From sequence record OR538032.1: DNA of 64,000 nucleotides; one strand, 5' to 3'. The translations under genes were made by a program, and so were the position numbers. How positions within the stretch are numbered: position 1 is the stretch's first letter; each line of letters begins with the position of its first letter. The notes below the pieces were generated by a model. That model was not told the DNA's origin. It saw only the letters and a list, made by a program, of their open reading frames with translations, and ran no database searches. Below, in pieces: positions 10,301 to 19,335 of this stretch.

Positions 10301-10571
10301 CCGTGTTTGTCAGTTTACCCGTCATCGTATCGCCGATCTTTTGAACGTAGCCACCGCCCGCAATCGGGGCAAATCGAGCATCAGATTCAGCTTTTGTAAA
10401 TGCAGAAGTCGTCCCACCGTTACCTAGTTCGCCTGGCAGTGGTGTGTCGTGTTCTGTGTAAATTTTGTAGCCTTGGTAGCGGATAGTCTCGCCTTGCGGG
10501 TCAAAGCGAAGATTTCCCCCGTGCCAGACTATATTACCACCAATTGCGGTAGTTGATCTTAGTTCTGCCAT
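7314..10571 (-). CDS. 37: long tail fibre distal subunit (gp37-like) with S74 intramolecular chaperone
   Basis: repeated YHPNADKWTTARTL and DSHTHDGRYYTE modules; YSDRRLKKNI...GYTY...GVIAQEV C-terminus. Confidence 0.85.
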   Translation of the reverse strand: MAELRSTTAIGGNIVWHGGNLRFDPQGETIRYQGYKIYTEHDTPLPGELGNGGTTSAFTKAESDARFAPIAGGGYVQKIGDTMTGKLTNTANEIEIRGASPRLLLQDNDGTKRWYLINDGGNFSLRENDTATTRFRIDATAANFGIENIDINAKTAIRGFDTWLRINDQAAFTSGVYFGSSLVRTDGTLQVGSATASGFVVNTTAIKYKDNNVFHDAYHPNADKWTTARTLTTTLTGDVSGSASMTIDGSANATVTVTATVANDSHTHDGRYYTETESDARFANVAGDTFTGNVAISKASGRLSFNETDYANNNSGINWITGAGQNLELIHEITDGDINTAGGNGQALILRQNGGVASPAGLEVEGEIFAKVNQRVFHDAYHPNADKWTTARTLTIGNTGKSVDGTSNVTWTAKEITGDFYGGMYKYRRDYAVNINAPAKLLDQNGAAITQGSIRVRAVITGTGTTDSASSATFTNINGAWTVVNTTQSAASSNRINFFIDVDGDPAVSTWHTSNYTVEVYHEFVNTGGNYHSNFWGIDGVLSSVDGVLKYGSNNVFHDGYHPNADKWTTARTLTLNGDVSGAVSFDGSSNATMTVTVANDSHTHDGRYYTESESDARFAQNSEFSTTQTFAGIVNKYLAKVTSAGVLEVARYIDFHTTNSTADYDIRLDCNSSGNISVIGGTMSGSFVGPLSGNASTATTWANARTLTIGNTGKSVNGSANVAWSLAEIGAVSKAGDTINGQLTIRHTNVQLNLMDSTYSDNYWQLDHQNGVMAFRYNGSASDDFRLNENGTAVFAHSVTAPTFVGSLSGNATTATSATTATTATYLGSSLISSNGGQDFKIRDKRALVGTTSNLIVNYGNDFTDVTVQSALLSTGRMTAYGSAASYAYASHYTSQAPFYHYKSSSGTSEYHAFMKGDINHSGGRYQHSFGAILSSSGAHTAQIVSSLNSSTTKQWSFQYSTGNFTAPGNVTAYSDRRLKKNIKLIDNALNKVGELNGYTYDKRSSFDSDEYIRETGVIAQEVEKVLPEAVVESDDEERILSVAYGNMNGLLIEAIKELNAKVDTLQNEVHELKRPWWKKLLRL

Positions 10572-10616
10572 GTTATTCTCTCATTGAGTACGTTTATCAT
10601 GTATTTATGAAGATAC

Positions 10617-10643
10617 AAAAAAAGCTCCCGAAGGAGCTTTTAT
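10617..10643 (-). terminator. terminator between the two fibre genes
   Basis: AAAAAAGCTCC-CGAA-GGAGCTTTT; late promoter variant CATAAATA at 10602-10609 follows. Confidence 0.8.
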
Positions 10644-13600
10644 TAACTTAGTAGTGCTTCTAGTCTAGCGATTCGTTCTTCAAGAGCTTCGCGTTTGCGC
10701 TTCTCTTCTTTAATACCCTCAATCAATAGACCAACCATGTTTCCATATGCAACTGCATAGTGACCGTCAGCATCGCCACCTGATTCAACAACAGCTTCTG
10801 GTAGAACTTCAAGAACTTCTTGAGCAATCACACCAGTTTGTCGTGGACATTCAACGTCTGTACGATCATATGTATAACCGTTCAGGCGGTCAATCTTCTC
10901 AAGCGGATTTGTGATTCGCTCAACGTTAGTCTTGACTCGCGCATCCGAGTATGCTGTAATATTACCAGCAGATTGAATGCTTTGGTAGTAGTAGAAACCA
11001 CTCGTCGCATCAGTTGAGTTATGAATCCATGATGTATTACGAGCACCGAAATGCCATGTCTTGCCGTTGTCAGAACGGAAAACCCAGCTTCCTTCGTTTG
11101 CCGAGTTTTGCATATAACGTGTCGTATCGCCACCCAATGCAATGACGTTCTTAACCATCAGGTTACCACCAGTCGTCAACGACATTGCACCATCAGTTGC
11201 TGCGTCACCCTCATCACGCCACAAGAATCCACGATCCGTATCGTTGTTCATTGTGAACGTCATTGCGTAGTCATTCAACCAACCAAAGGATTGTGCGCTT
11301 GCCATGCCGATTGTATATGAACCACTAGACCACACTCGAATCTTATCATAAGAAGAAACACCAGTTGAGATCAATGTCCCATTGACTGTGAAGCTCCCAT
11401 CAGAATGAGTATGATTATGTGAATCATCAGCAACCGCAACAGATAATGTAACGTTTGCACTACCGTCGATTGAAGCTGAACCACTTACATCACCATTCAG
11501 TGTCAGAGTACGAGCAGTAGTCCATTTATCAGCATTCGGGTGATAGTCATCCATGAAAATTCGCTGCGTACTTTCCCACGATGTCGAAAGACCACGTCGG
11601 AAATACAGTTCATTATCAGAAAGAGTATTACTACCACTTATCAATTGCCATACTTGATACGCATCACTCCAACCTTTAACAGTCAACGCAGAGTACCAAC
11701 TTGGAAGCCCACTCGGTCTGTCTAAGTTCGTGAATTGTGCCGATACTGTGCGATCCGGCAAATCATTCGGGACGACTGACGCTGCTCTAGTGTCTTGAAT
11801 TGAAATCGAATTATGTGTGTGCGAATCATTGATAACAGTAGCAACTAAAGTTACGTCCGAACTACCATTAATCGAAACCGAACCTGATAGATCCCCTGAT
11901 AGTGCCAATGTACGAGCATTAGCCCATGTCGTCGCTGTACTTGCATTACCACTCAATGCCCCGATGAATGTCGGTGCTGTGATATTGACAGTCGATGTAA
12001 TTGAAGTACTCTTAACTGAAAATTGTTTATTGTCAGCTAGTATACCACCGACGCCAAGAACAACCTCACCTGCCGCATTTGAGTTGTGCAAATACACCGC
12101 ACTGCGGTTACCAATCAAGCCAAATTTATCAACCTTAACCGTTTCAGATGCAGGAGCAGTATTACCAACAGAGTCAGTGATGAACAATGATGAACTCATC
12201 GTATCACCAGTTTTCTGCACGTAGCCACCACCCGCAATAGGCGCGAATCTTGCGTCGGCTTCAGTCTCGGTGTAGTAACGACCATCGTGCGTATGTGAGT
12301 CATTAGCAACCACAACAGACAAAGTAACGTTTGAGCTACCGTCGATTGAAGCTGAACCGCTCACGTCGCCATTCAATGTCAACGTTCTTGCAGTTGTCCA
12401 CTTATCAGCATTCGGGTGATATTCATCATCGAAAATCTTCATCCACGCTGAACTAACACCAGACTCTCGACGCTTCCACCATAGGCGATTACTATTCTGA
12501 CCCATTGCAAGAGTCATTGCATAACCGTTACCGTTGTTGTGCTCAGTATGAACGCCCCACATCCAACCAGTCTCTTCAGCAGGCGTACCAGTTATCGAAC
12601 TATTAACATCAATGAAGCCGCTTCGCTGATAATCATCAATGTCACCAGACGCCAATTGCATCGAGCCGATTTTACCCGCAGATGTCCCACCGAAGCCGTA
12701 AACAACGTTACTAGACTGAGCTTGAGTAGTAGGCACGTTCAAGTAACCAGTCATCGTATCGCCAGTCGCGTTTACGAAACGAGCATCAGATTCTGCTTCG
12801 GTGTAGTAACGACCATCGTGAGTATGAGAGTCGTCAGCAACTGTAACTGCGAGTGAAATATTCGAGCTACCATCAAACGAAACTGATCCACTAACATCAC
12901 CAGATAACGTTAACGTTCTTGCAGTTGTCCACTTATCGGCTTCTGGGTGATAGTCAGTATGGTACATGTAAACCCAGTCTTCCCACACGTCTGCGTATCT
13001 CGTACGAAGTGCAATTGTACCTGAGTTACCGCTTATACCATATGGATAAGCTACTTGAGTCGCGTTAGTAGTCGATCCATATGTCATTGTCTGAGCATAC
13101 CAGTAACCAGTAAACCCAACAGGTCGATTTAGACCTTGTGACAACTTGTTGTAAAATCCACCACGATAAAGAGTATCCCAGTCCACTGTAGTATCAACAC
13201 CCGATAGAGTACGCCCCGTAGCGATATACTCTGGGTTACTCGCGCTCAGACCGACTTCAGCGTATGTCGTATGATTCGGGACAACTGTACTAATCGTGAC
13301 GTTTGAACTACCATCAATTGAAACTGAACCAGTTACTTCGCCCGATAGAGTAAGCGTTCTTGCAGTCGTCCATTTATCGGCATTTGGGTGATAGTTGTCT
13401 GCAAAAATTCGCTGCGTTGTGTTTAGATACCCAATACCGTTGATAACAACGTTGTTGTTTGATCTAGAACCGTACATGACAACCGATTCAGAATTCGATT
13501 CACGTCTGATAATCTGCCATTGATTGACATCACCATCATAGTGATAACGCACACCGTGATTTCCGTTGTCTTCCGTTAGATATAGACTTGCATCGGTGTT

Positions 13601-13843
13601 TGCGGTACTGCTCAAATGCAATTGCGCAGTCGATTTAGCGATTTGCAAATCGCCACTCATGACATCACCAGCACGTTTAACAACAGACTCGGTTAAATCT
13701 GTATGAGGGTCTGGCTTGTCATTTTCTGTATAAAGTTTGTAGCCATTGTAAAGTACTGTTTCTCCTTGCGGATCGAAACGCAAATTACCGCCATGCCAAA
13801 CTATGTTACCGCCAATCGCGGTTGTTGAACGTAATTCTGCCAT
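10643..13843 (-). CDS. 37: second long tail fibre distal subunit paralog with S74 chaperone
   Basis: identical N-terminus MAELRSTTAIGGNIVWHGGNLRFDPQGET, same repeats, YSDARVKTNV S74 domain. Confidence 0.85.
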   Translation of the reverse strand: MAELRSTTAIGGNIVWHGGNLRFDPQGETVLYNGYKLYTENDKPDPHTDLTESVVKRAGDVMSGDLQIAKSTAQLHLSSTANTDASLYLTEDNGNHGVRYHYDGDVNQWQIIRRESNSESVVMYGSRSNNNVVINGIGYLNTTQRIFADNYHPNADKWTTARTLTLSGEVTGSVSIDGSSNVTISTVVPNHTTYAEVGLSASNPEYIATGRTLSGVDTTVDWDTLYRGGFYNKLSQGLNRPVGFTGYWYAQTMTYGSTTNATQVAYPYGISGNSGTIALRTRYADVWEDWVYMYHTDYHPEADKWTTARTLTLSGDVSGSVSFDGSSNISLAVTVADDSHTHDGRYYTEAESDARFVNATGDTMTGYLNVPTTQAQSSNVVYGFGGTSAGKIGSMQLASGDIDDYQRSGFIDVNSSITGTPAEETGWMWGVHTEHNNGNGYAMTLAMGQNSNRLWWKRRESGVSSAWMKIFDDEYHPNADKWTTARTLTLNGDVSGSASIDGSSNVTLSVVVANDSHTHDGRYYTETEADARFAPIAGGGYVQKTGDTMSSSLFITDSVGNTAPASETVKVDKFGLIGNRSAVYLHNSNAAGEVVLGVGGILADNKQFSVKSTSITSTVNITAPTFIGALSGNASTATTWANARTLALSGDLSGSVSINGSSDVTLVATVINDSHTHNSISIQDTRAASVVPNDLPDRTVSAQFTNLDRPSGLPSWYSALTVKGWSDAYQVWQLISGSNTLSDNELYFRRGLSTSWESTQRIFMDDYHPNADKWTTARTLTLNGDVSGSASIDGSANVTLSVAVADDSHNHTHSDGSFTVNGTLISTGVSSYDKIRVWSSGSYTIGMASAQSFGWLNDYAMTFTMNNDTDRGFLWRDEGDAATDGAMSLTTGGNLMVKNVIALGGDTTRYMQNSANEGSWVFRSDNGKTWHFGARNTSWIHNSTDATSGFYYYQSIQSAGNITAYSDARVKTNVERITNPLEKIDRLNGYTYDRTDVECPRQTGVIAQEVLEVLPEAVVESGGDADGHYAVAYGNMVGLLIEGIKEEKRKREALEERIARLEALLS

Positions 13844-13907
13844 TAGTTTCATTCCATTTATTGAAATTTTTCATATGACAGTATTTATTATGCCGTAAAA
13901 AAGGGCG

Positions 13908-14438
13908 CTATTTGCGCCCTTTACGATTTGCCTTATTTGCTTTTCTTTTTGCTCTACGCAACTCTTTGCGTTTTGCGATTTTGTCTGCACGTCTAACTGC
14001 ATCATAATCCGCAGCACACGACGCAGCAAACGCATCAGGCTTGAAAACGGGTTCTTGACCCACGTATCCCAAGATAGTGCCCTTAGCTTCGTTATACGCA
14101 ACGTGTGAACGATGGGATGGGTCTGGGTTGATGTCAACGTGAACTTCAAACCCACGAGTACCACACATTGGCTTAACACGCAGGGCGGTTTCACCTGCTT
14201 TATAGACTTCATTCATCAAACGACTACGAATACCATCTTTACAAGACATGTACGCTGGTTCAGTTTCGATAGATTTGAATACTTGAGCGCCTTTACTACC
14301 CTCAAGGTGAATGATGATTACAGTAGCGTAACTAATCATATCACTCTTACGCTTGCTATCACACCCAACATAAATCGTACTGTTCGGATGACTGTTATTG
14401 ATAGCTGTTTCAATTGCTTCCCAATCGAACATTTTCAC
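13908..14438 (-). CDS. RNase H-like protein, YkuK family
   Basis: YVGCDS, RLMNEV, EVHVDIN, FKPDAFAASCAAD. Confidence 0.8.
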   Translation of the reverse strand: MKMFDWEAIETAINNSHPNSTIYVGCDSKRKSDMISYATVIIIHLEGSKGAQVFKSIETEPAYMSCKDGIRSRLMNEVYKAGETALRVKPMCGTRGFEVHVDINPDPSHRSHVAYNEAKGTILGYVGQEPVFKPDAFAASCAADYDAVRRADKIAKRKELRRAKRKANKANRKGRK

Positions 14439-14482
14439 CTCTGTACAAAAAAGGGCAGCACAATGCCGCCCTTATCACTTAT

Positions 14483-15919
14483 TTAAAAGCTGTAGCGATC
14501 AACGCCTACAGTTTTCAGCATGATCTTGACTGGCTCAAGCTCACCACCTAACAGTGAAGTCAGGATAGATGGGCTACAACCCGATACCAGTGCAGTACCC
14601 GCTTCGCCAGCTTTAACCGGAACGTTGCCAAGACGACCACGAATGTTCCAGAAGACTAGTTGTGGCATTTCATAGCCAGCACGTGCGTACATAGCTTTGA
14701 TTGCGTCGAAGTTTGCACGTTCGCCGCGACCGTACCAGCCACCACCAGTATTTGCTTGGTCGAATTCCATGTCGCTCATGATAAGCAACTTAGTTGGCAT
14801 TTCTTCTTGTGAAAGATTTGCACGTTTTGCACGTTCTAACAGAACGTTGAAGCACTTACCGATGTTTGTGCTCATGTCTTCGCCTGAGCGATTCATGTTG
14901 TCAAGACGCTCTTTTAGTGAGCTACCGCGCAACTGGTGGAAGTGCGGATCGCTTGAGAACGAAATGAACTGATCTTTGAAGATGCCTTCATTGCGTTCAG
15001 CAACATAGATGCCAAGAGACATTGCAACTTGCTTACAAGTCACACCCGAACGATCTGTACCTGCGTTGATTGGCGTGCTCATAGAGCCAGATACGTCAAC
15101 AACAGGGATGATGCGCTCATCAGAGCCTTCCATGTAGTTCGGCAGAGCTTTCCATTGCTCGTTCGCTACAGACGCATTGCCATGACTAACGCTCTTAACG
15201 ACATCATATGGGAACAATGCACCAGCGTTGATCTTCGCTTCACCTTTTTGAAGTGACTCGATGTAGCTTGTGTAACGAGCAGAAGCGTTACGACCGAATG
15301 CTTGTTGATAACGAGCAGACGCTACAGATGGCAACTTACCAAAGTCGATTGCATCCCATTCTTGAGCACACATCTTCTGTTCAACAGTGTCAGACAAAAG
15401 TGCTAGAATCTTACGCCACTGCTTCGCAGTTACACCAAGAGACTTGATTGTGCGCTTGAACACATGACCGTTTTTGCTGTTTTCACGTGGGAACCACTTA
15501 GCAGCAAGACCGTTCTTGTCGTTTACAATCGCGTTTGACCACAATGTGATCGCGTCTTTCTCAAGACTTGTACCGAACGCAGAAATCAAGTCGTCGAAAC
15601 GACCTAGTTCTGGAATTTTCGACATTACAGCACGAGCTACGTCAGGCTGCTCATTACAAAGTTTAGTGAATAGAGTACGGAAAGTACCACGTTCACCCGC
15701 ACCACCGCGAACATCACGAGACCATAAAAGAATGCGTGTCGCTAGTTCGGGGTTTTCTGCAAACGCACGACCGAACAGTGTTTTAGACTGATCGTTACCA
15801 CGCATAGCAGCAATACCGAAGAACAAGTTTAGACACTCGTTACCTGAAGTGCTGTGAGTAACTGCACCGTTTGCTGTACGTGAATCGTTTGATTGCATAG
15901 CGTTCATAAATGCTGACAT
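14483..15919 (-). CDS. DUF2828 protein (TROVE/Ro60-like helical domain plus vWA)
   Basis: TANGAVTHSTSG, RDVRGGAGER, LAAKWFPRE; vWA MIDAS DVSGS, SDMEFD, VFWNI. Confidence 0.85.
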   Translation of the reverse strand: MSAFMNAMQSNDSRTANGAVTHSTSGNECLNLFFGIAAMRGNDQSKTLFGRAFAENPELATRILLWSRDVRGGAGERGTFRTLFTKLCNEQPDVARAVMSKIPELGRFDDLISAFGTSLEKDAITLWSNAIVNDKNGLAAKWFPRENSKNGHVFKRTIKSLGVTAKQWRKILALLSDTVEQKMCAQEWDAIDFGKLPSVASARYQQAFGRNASARYTSYIESLQKGEAKINAGALFPYDVVKSVSHGNASVANEQWKALPNYMEGSDERIIPVVDVSGSMSTPINAGTDRSGVTCKQVAMSLGIYVAERNEGIFKDQFISFSSDPHFHQLRGSSLKERLDNMNRSGEDMSTNIGKCFNVLLERAKRANLSQEEMPTKLLIMSDMEFDQANTGGGWYGRGERANFDAIKAMYARAGYEMPQLVFWNIRGRLGNVPVKAGEAGTALVSGCSPSILTSLLGGELEPVKIMLKTVGVDRYSF

Positions 15920-15967
15920 TGTTTATTCCTCATATTAAATTGCTGTAAAATGTCGTTTTGATGTGAT

Positions 15968-15996
15968 GATTATACACGGATTTGAACCCGTGTAAA
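15968..15996 (-). promoter_or_regulatory. T4-type early promoter for the DUF2828 gene
   Basis: GTTTAC-N17-TATAAT with TG and upstream A-tract. Confidence 0.8.
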
Positions 15997-16010
15997 CACT
16001 TTTTTCAATT

Positions 16011-16325
16011 TTATCGAAAATTCATTCGTGTGAGATTCGTACCGTTTTCGTAAATCTCAACGAGAACACGACCGCCCGTTTCGTAAGACGTGCGAAGAGA
16101 ACGATAACCATGCTCTTCGAAGAATGTACGAATAATAGTCGCACCACGCTTGTCTTTATCAGCAGCGTGAATAGGCACTTTCACGATGATAGGGAAACTA
16201 GACCCCGACTCAACTGCGTGCATGAATTCTTTCTCACATTCGCTCGTGTAATGCTCGGTAAGAATTCGTTTTTCTTCTGCTTCACGAGCGTGAATTTGTT
16301 GTTTGAGTTCATTATGATTAATCAT
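16011..16325 (-). CDS. hypothetical protein
   Basis: 104-aa ORF, coupled start/stop. Confidence 0.7.
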   Translation of the reverse strand: MINHNELKQQIHAREAEEKRILTEHYTSECEKEFMHAVESGSSFPIIVKVPIHAADKDKRGATIIRTFFEEHGYRSLRTSYETGGRVLVEIYENGTNLTRMNFR

Positions 16326-16657
16326 TGAAACCCCGCTTGTTTGTTTTCTCGAATTGTCAATTTGACAAAAGAATATGAGTAATCTCTCATATCACGCGGA
16401 TCGCCAGAGTAATGTCCGAACTGTGCGTCGAAGTTATGAAAACCCTCGCGTCGCATGACGCCTTTGATGAGAGACATCATTTCATCACAACATTCATTGC
16501 GGTCAACATTCACCTGAATCGTGATTGGAAACTGAAACCCAGCAACGCCACCGATTTTACGTTCGATTGCTTTGCGCATTTCAACTACGAAGAGTTCTTC
16601 ACGAGTTGAGCGATTCTGTTTGACTTTTTGAATTAATGTATCGTATAAATTACCCAT
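16322..16657 (-). CDS. hypothetical protein
   Basis: AGGA RBS before ATG 16657. Confidence 0.7.
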   Translation of the reverse strand: MGNLYDTLIQKVKQNRSTREELFVVEMRKAIERKIGGVAGFQFPITIQVNVDRNECCDEMMSLIKGVMRREGFHNFDAQFGHYSGDPRDMRDYSYSFVKLTIRENKQAGFQ

Positions 16658-17024
16658 CAATATATTCCTTAATCGGCTTAGAAAAGTGACGAATACAAGA
16701 ACTGTCAAGTCGTTTACGACCATCACCATCTATGTCTGGTAGCGTGTAATCGTCATTAAACGGCTGACCGCTTTCTTTCGCAATCTCATAGGAATCGGCT
16801 CGATTGAAGTATTCACCACAATAGTTGATAAAACCTTGACCGCGATCACCGAGTTCGTTTCGATGTTCATATGTACAACCTAGTTCTTTCAATAACTTAA
16901 AGACTGATTGCATGTTTCGACCGAAATGGCAGCTATCAGCAACAACAATGTCTCGCTGTTCGCCGTTCGGTAGCGTTACTCGAATTGCATTAGCAGCAGA
17001 CGATATTACATTGACGTGCGACAT
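16650..17024 (-). CDS. conserved phage hypothetical protein
   Basis: GFINYCGEYFNRADSYEIA motif. Confidence 0.7.
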   Translation of the reverse strand: MSHVNVISSAANAIRVTLPNGEQRDIVVADSCHFGRNMQSVFKLLKELGCTYEHRNELGDRGQGFINYCGEYFNRADSYEIAKESGQPFNDDYTLPDIDGDGRKRLDSSCIRHFSKPIKEYIDG

Positions 17025-17362
17025 GTATCGTACCTCATAAAAATTGAACCAACGCGCTTATACTGACCAGAGTGAGAAAGCAACAGAGCCATTTTACTAT
17101 GACCAACAGGATTGCTTGTCACTAGAACAACAGTGCGCGGAAAATTACGATGATCAATCGCATGAGAGAGAATATCGTATCCCTCTCTACCAACATCATC
17201 ACCTAGATCGTTATCCATGAATAGCGTGATGTCAGTTAGATTTGTGTGCTTGACGAAATTCATACCGTCTTCGAATGTTCGAAGTACGAGTTTTTCATCA
17301 TCACGTACGTAATCTGACGTGAACTTATTAATATCACGCAGATCATCAATCATAACGTACAT
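17006..17362 (-). CDS. cyclic-phosphate-processing receiver-like domain protein
   Basis: MIDDLR, LFMDNDLGD, EGYDIL, VTSNPVG. Confidence 0.7.
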   Translation of the reverse strand: MYVMIDDLRDINKFTSDYVRDDEKLVLRTFEDGMNFVKHTNLTDITLFMDNDLGDDVGREGYDILSHAIDHRNFPRTVVLVTSNPVGHSKMALLLSHSGQYKRVGSIFMRYDTCRTSM

Positions 17363-17424
17363 AATATTTCTCTTTCGTTAGTGTTGATAAATACATCATA
17401 CAGGTTCAACAAACGGAAGTCAAC

Positions 17425-17796
17425 ATGAACGACGAAAAAATTATTTCTTTTGATGAATATCTAAATGAAGGGTGGTTTGAAAGGCAATGGGCTAGATATA
17501 AGGCAGGTGAAGATGCACGCAGCATAAAGAAACTAGCTAAGATGCATACCAAGCTTCTGCACATCGAACAGAAAGCAAAGCAAAACAAATACCGATACGA
17601 AGCCGTACGGTTCAACTACGAACACATCAAAATGAATGTGCTCGATGCCAAGAAGATAATTAACAAGCTGCGATACAAGAAAGGAATTAGTCAAGAGCTA
17701 GTTCAGGCAATGGATAAACTAGACATTGAACTCGATAGACTCAACGACTTTGCCGTTGAGGGATTGCATGAGCTAATGATTCAACATAAGCTATAA
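17425..17796 (+). CDS. late protein, putative internal head protein
   Basis: GATAAATA at 17386-17393; N-terminus KIISFDEYLNE. Confidence 0.6.
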   Translation: MNDEKIISFDEYLNEGWFERQWARYKAGEDARSIKKLAKMHTKLLHIEQKAKQNKYRYEAVRFNYEHIKMNVLDAKKIINKLRYKKGISQELVQAMDKLDIELDRLNDFAVEGLHELMIQHKL

Positions 17797-17827
17797 AAGA
17801 AAAGCCCCGTTTTTGGGGCTTTTTTGT

Positions 17828-18040
17828 TTAATGTGAGTGGCGTAACTTCTTTTCGATCATTCGATCTACAATCGTGGAGTACATAAGATGCTCTTTGTAG
17901 TATTTCTCATCAACTCGGTTGCACTGGAATTGTCGAAAATCTTTGCGTAAGCGGGCAATGAATTTATTAAGTGCTTTGCGCACTTTGCAAACTTCAGACA
18001 GTTCCATGCTTTTTAGTGTATCTTCAGAAAGTATTTCCAT
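17828..18040 (-). CDS. hypothetical protein
   Basis: GAGG RBS, 70 aa. Confidence 0.65.
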   Translation of the reverse strand: MEILSEDTLKSMELSEVCKVRKALNKFIARLRKDFRQFQCNRVDEKYYKEHLMYSTIVDRMIEKKLRHSH

Positions 18041-18069
18041 GATTGTTCACCTCTTAGTTAATAGAATAC

Positions 18070-18114
18070 GGGAGACACGGGAATCGAACCCATTGCCTTG
18101 ACCACATATCTCCC
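18070..18114 (-). ncRNA. 45-nt anticodon-less tRNA-like element
   Basis: GGGAGAT/GTCTCCC acceptor plus ATGGG-TTCGATT-CCCGT T-arm with 14-nt linker. Confidence 0.6.
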
Positions 18115-18138
18115 ACTGAGAGTTACGCCAATCTGAGG

Positions 18139-18369
18139 TTAGTGTGCTAGACGCATCAAACGGCGCATACGTTCGCGTTCAGATAAATCTTCCAAATTTT
18201 CTTGTTTCACCTCTTTGATTTCTTCTTCGGGTTCTTCAGCTTCCTTTTTGATTTTTTCAGCATCGGGACCGATGTTTTTCCAAAGCGAAGCATTTCGCCA
18301 GTTATCGTTAAAACCATTACCTAAACCGCGCCCTTCACGCGCATGAGATTTTTGATGAATGTTTTTCAT
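18139..18369 (-). CDS. charged hypothetical late protein
   Basis: 76-aa ORF, TAATG coupling. Confidence 0.65.
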   Translation of the reverse strand: MKNIHQKSHAREGRGLGNGFNDNWRNASLWKNIGPDAEKIKKEAEEPEEEIKEVKQENLEDLSERERMRRLMRLAH

Positions 18370-18575
18370 TATTCGTTAGATTTCTTTGTTACTTGTCTTG
18401 CTATGCCAACAGCAGCAGCACCAGCAGCTACTTTAGCACCTGTTTTTGCCGCCTTACCGGCTTTTTTAGCGCCCGACTTGATACGATCTTTTACAGAACG
18501 TTTCTTTTTCTTTTTGTCTTCTGGGCGCGACTCTTCGATTTCTGACATGAATTTGTCAAAGGTTTTCTCACTCAT
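18369..18575 (-). CDS. Lys/Ala-rich small late protein, putative internal head protein
   Basis: CTAAATA at 18606-18612, GGAG RBS; N-terminus MSEKTFDKFMSEIEE. Confidence 0.65.
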   Translation of the reverse strand: MSEKTFDKFMSEIEESRPEDKKKKKRSVKDRIKSGAKKAGKAAKTGAKVAAGAAAVGIARQVTKKSNE

Positions 18576-18612
18576 GACCTATCTCCAGTTAATTGAGTTC
18601 ATTTGTATTTAG

Positions 18613-18990
18613 TCATGAGAAAATGTGTTTTCGGCTCAACTGCACATCAAATTCATTTTCGAAGCGACAGCGTTCAGTCCCGTAAAGTACATCATCAAGC
18701 GTGAATCGTTTTCGCTTTCGTGTGTGAAGGTTCATATAACGCTCTAGAGCAGTGTCTGAGTCGAATTCAATACGTTCACAACGTCTTTGTTCGGATGTCT
18801 GTGAATAATCGCTTACAGTGCGATACAGAAACAATCCGCGTACCACTACTGCGTTAAGTGTATTTGAACTTTTGATTGTCACGCCGTCAATATTTTCATA
18901 ACGACTCAAGGTAAAGATTATCTCTGAGTCTGGCATTTCAGCGACGCGCTTCATTTTGGATATTGATGTTCGTTTGTTTGATTTGTACAT
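18613..18990 (-). CDS. hypothetical protein
   Basis: GAGG RBS before ATG 18990; promoter TTTATA-N17-TACAGT upstream. Confidence 0.65.
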   Translation of the reverse strand: MYKSNKRTSISKMKRVAEMPDSEIIFTLSRYENIDGVTIKSSNTLNAVVVRGLFLYRTVSDYSQTSEQRRCERIEFDSDTALERYMNLHTRKRKRFTLDDVLYGTERCRFENEFDVQLSRKHIFS

Positions 18991-19038
18991 AGTTATCACC
19001 TCATAATGACTGTACATGATTTATCATGCGCTATAAAC

Positions 19039-19062
19039 AAAAAAACCTGCTCAAGGCAGGTT
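19039..19062 (-). terminator. terminator ending the tRNA/ncRNA operon
   Basis: AACCTGCC-TTGA-GCAGG-T7. Confidence 0.75.
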
Positions 19063-19074
19063 CTAATGTGCAAT

Positions 19075-19325
19075 ACACAGACATTCGAGAAGTGTTTTAT
19101 CGTCTTTGCTTAAATCTCAATTGACTATCTCGATGTTTCTCATCGAGAAAATACCCATGATTCGGCATGAGACCTATTTCGTTTTACAGTACGAACACCG
19201 TCTTAATGGTCATTTCCTACCACGAGAATGCGACAGGCTCACGTCATCACTGAGAAAGCAGCTAGTGCGCCTCATTACTATTAAAGTTTGCTTCTTTGAT
19301 TAGTAATATTGCTGTACAATGTCTT
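19075..19325 (-). ncRNA. about 250-nt structured ncRNA carrying the CWGCA motif (paralog 1)
   Basis: terminal stem AGACATT/AATGTCT; 3' block homologous to 21350-21566. Confidence 0.7.
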
Positions 19326-19335
19326 ATTGCGAATT

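Noticed and set aside
7314-13843. Diversity-generating retroelement acting on the tail fibres
   Set aside because: No reverse transcriptase and no adenine-specific TR/VR pair seen; the repeats are internal protein modules.
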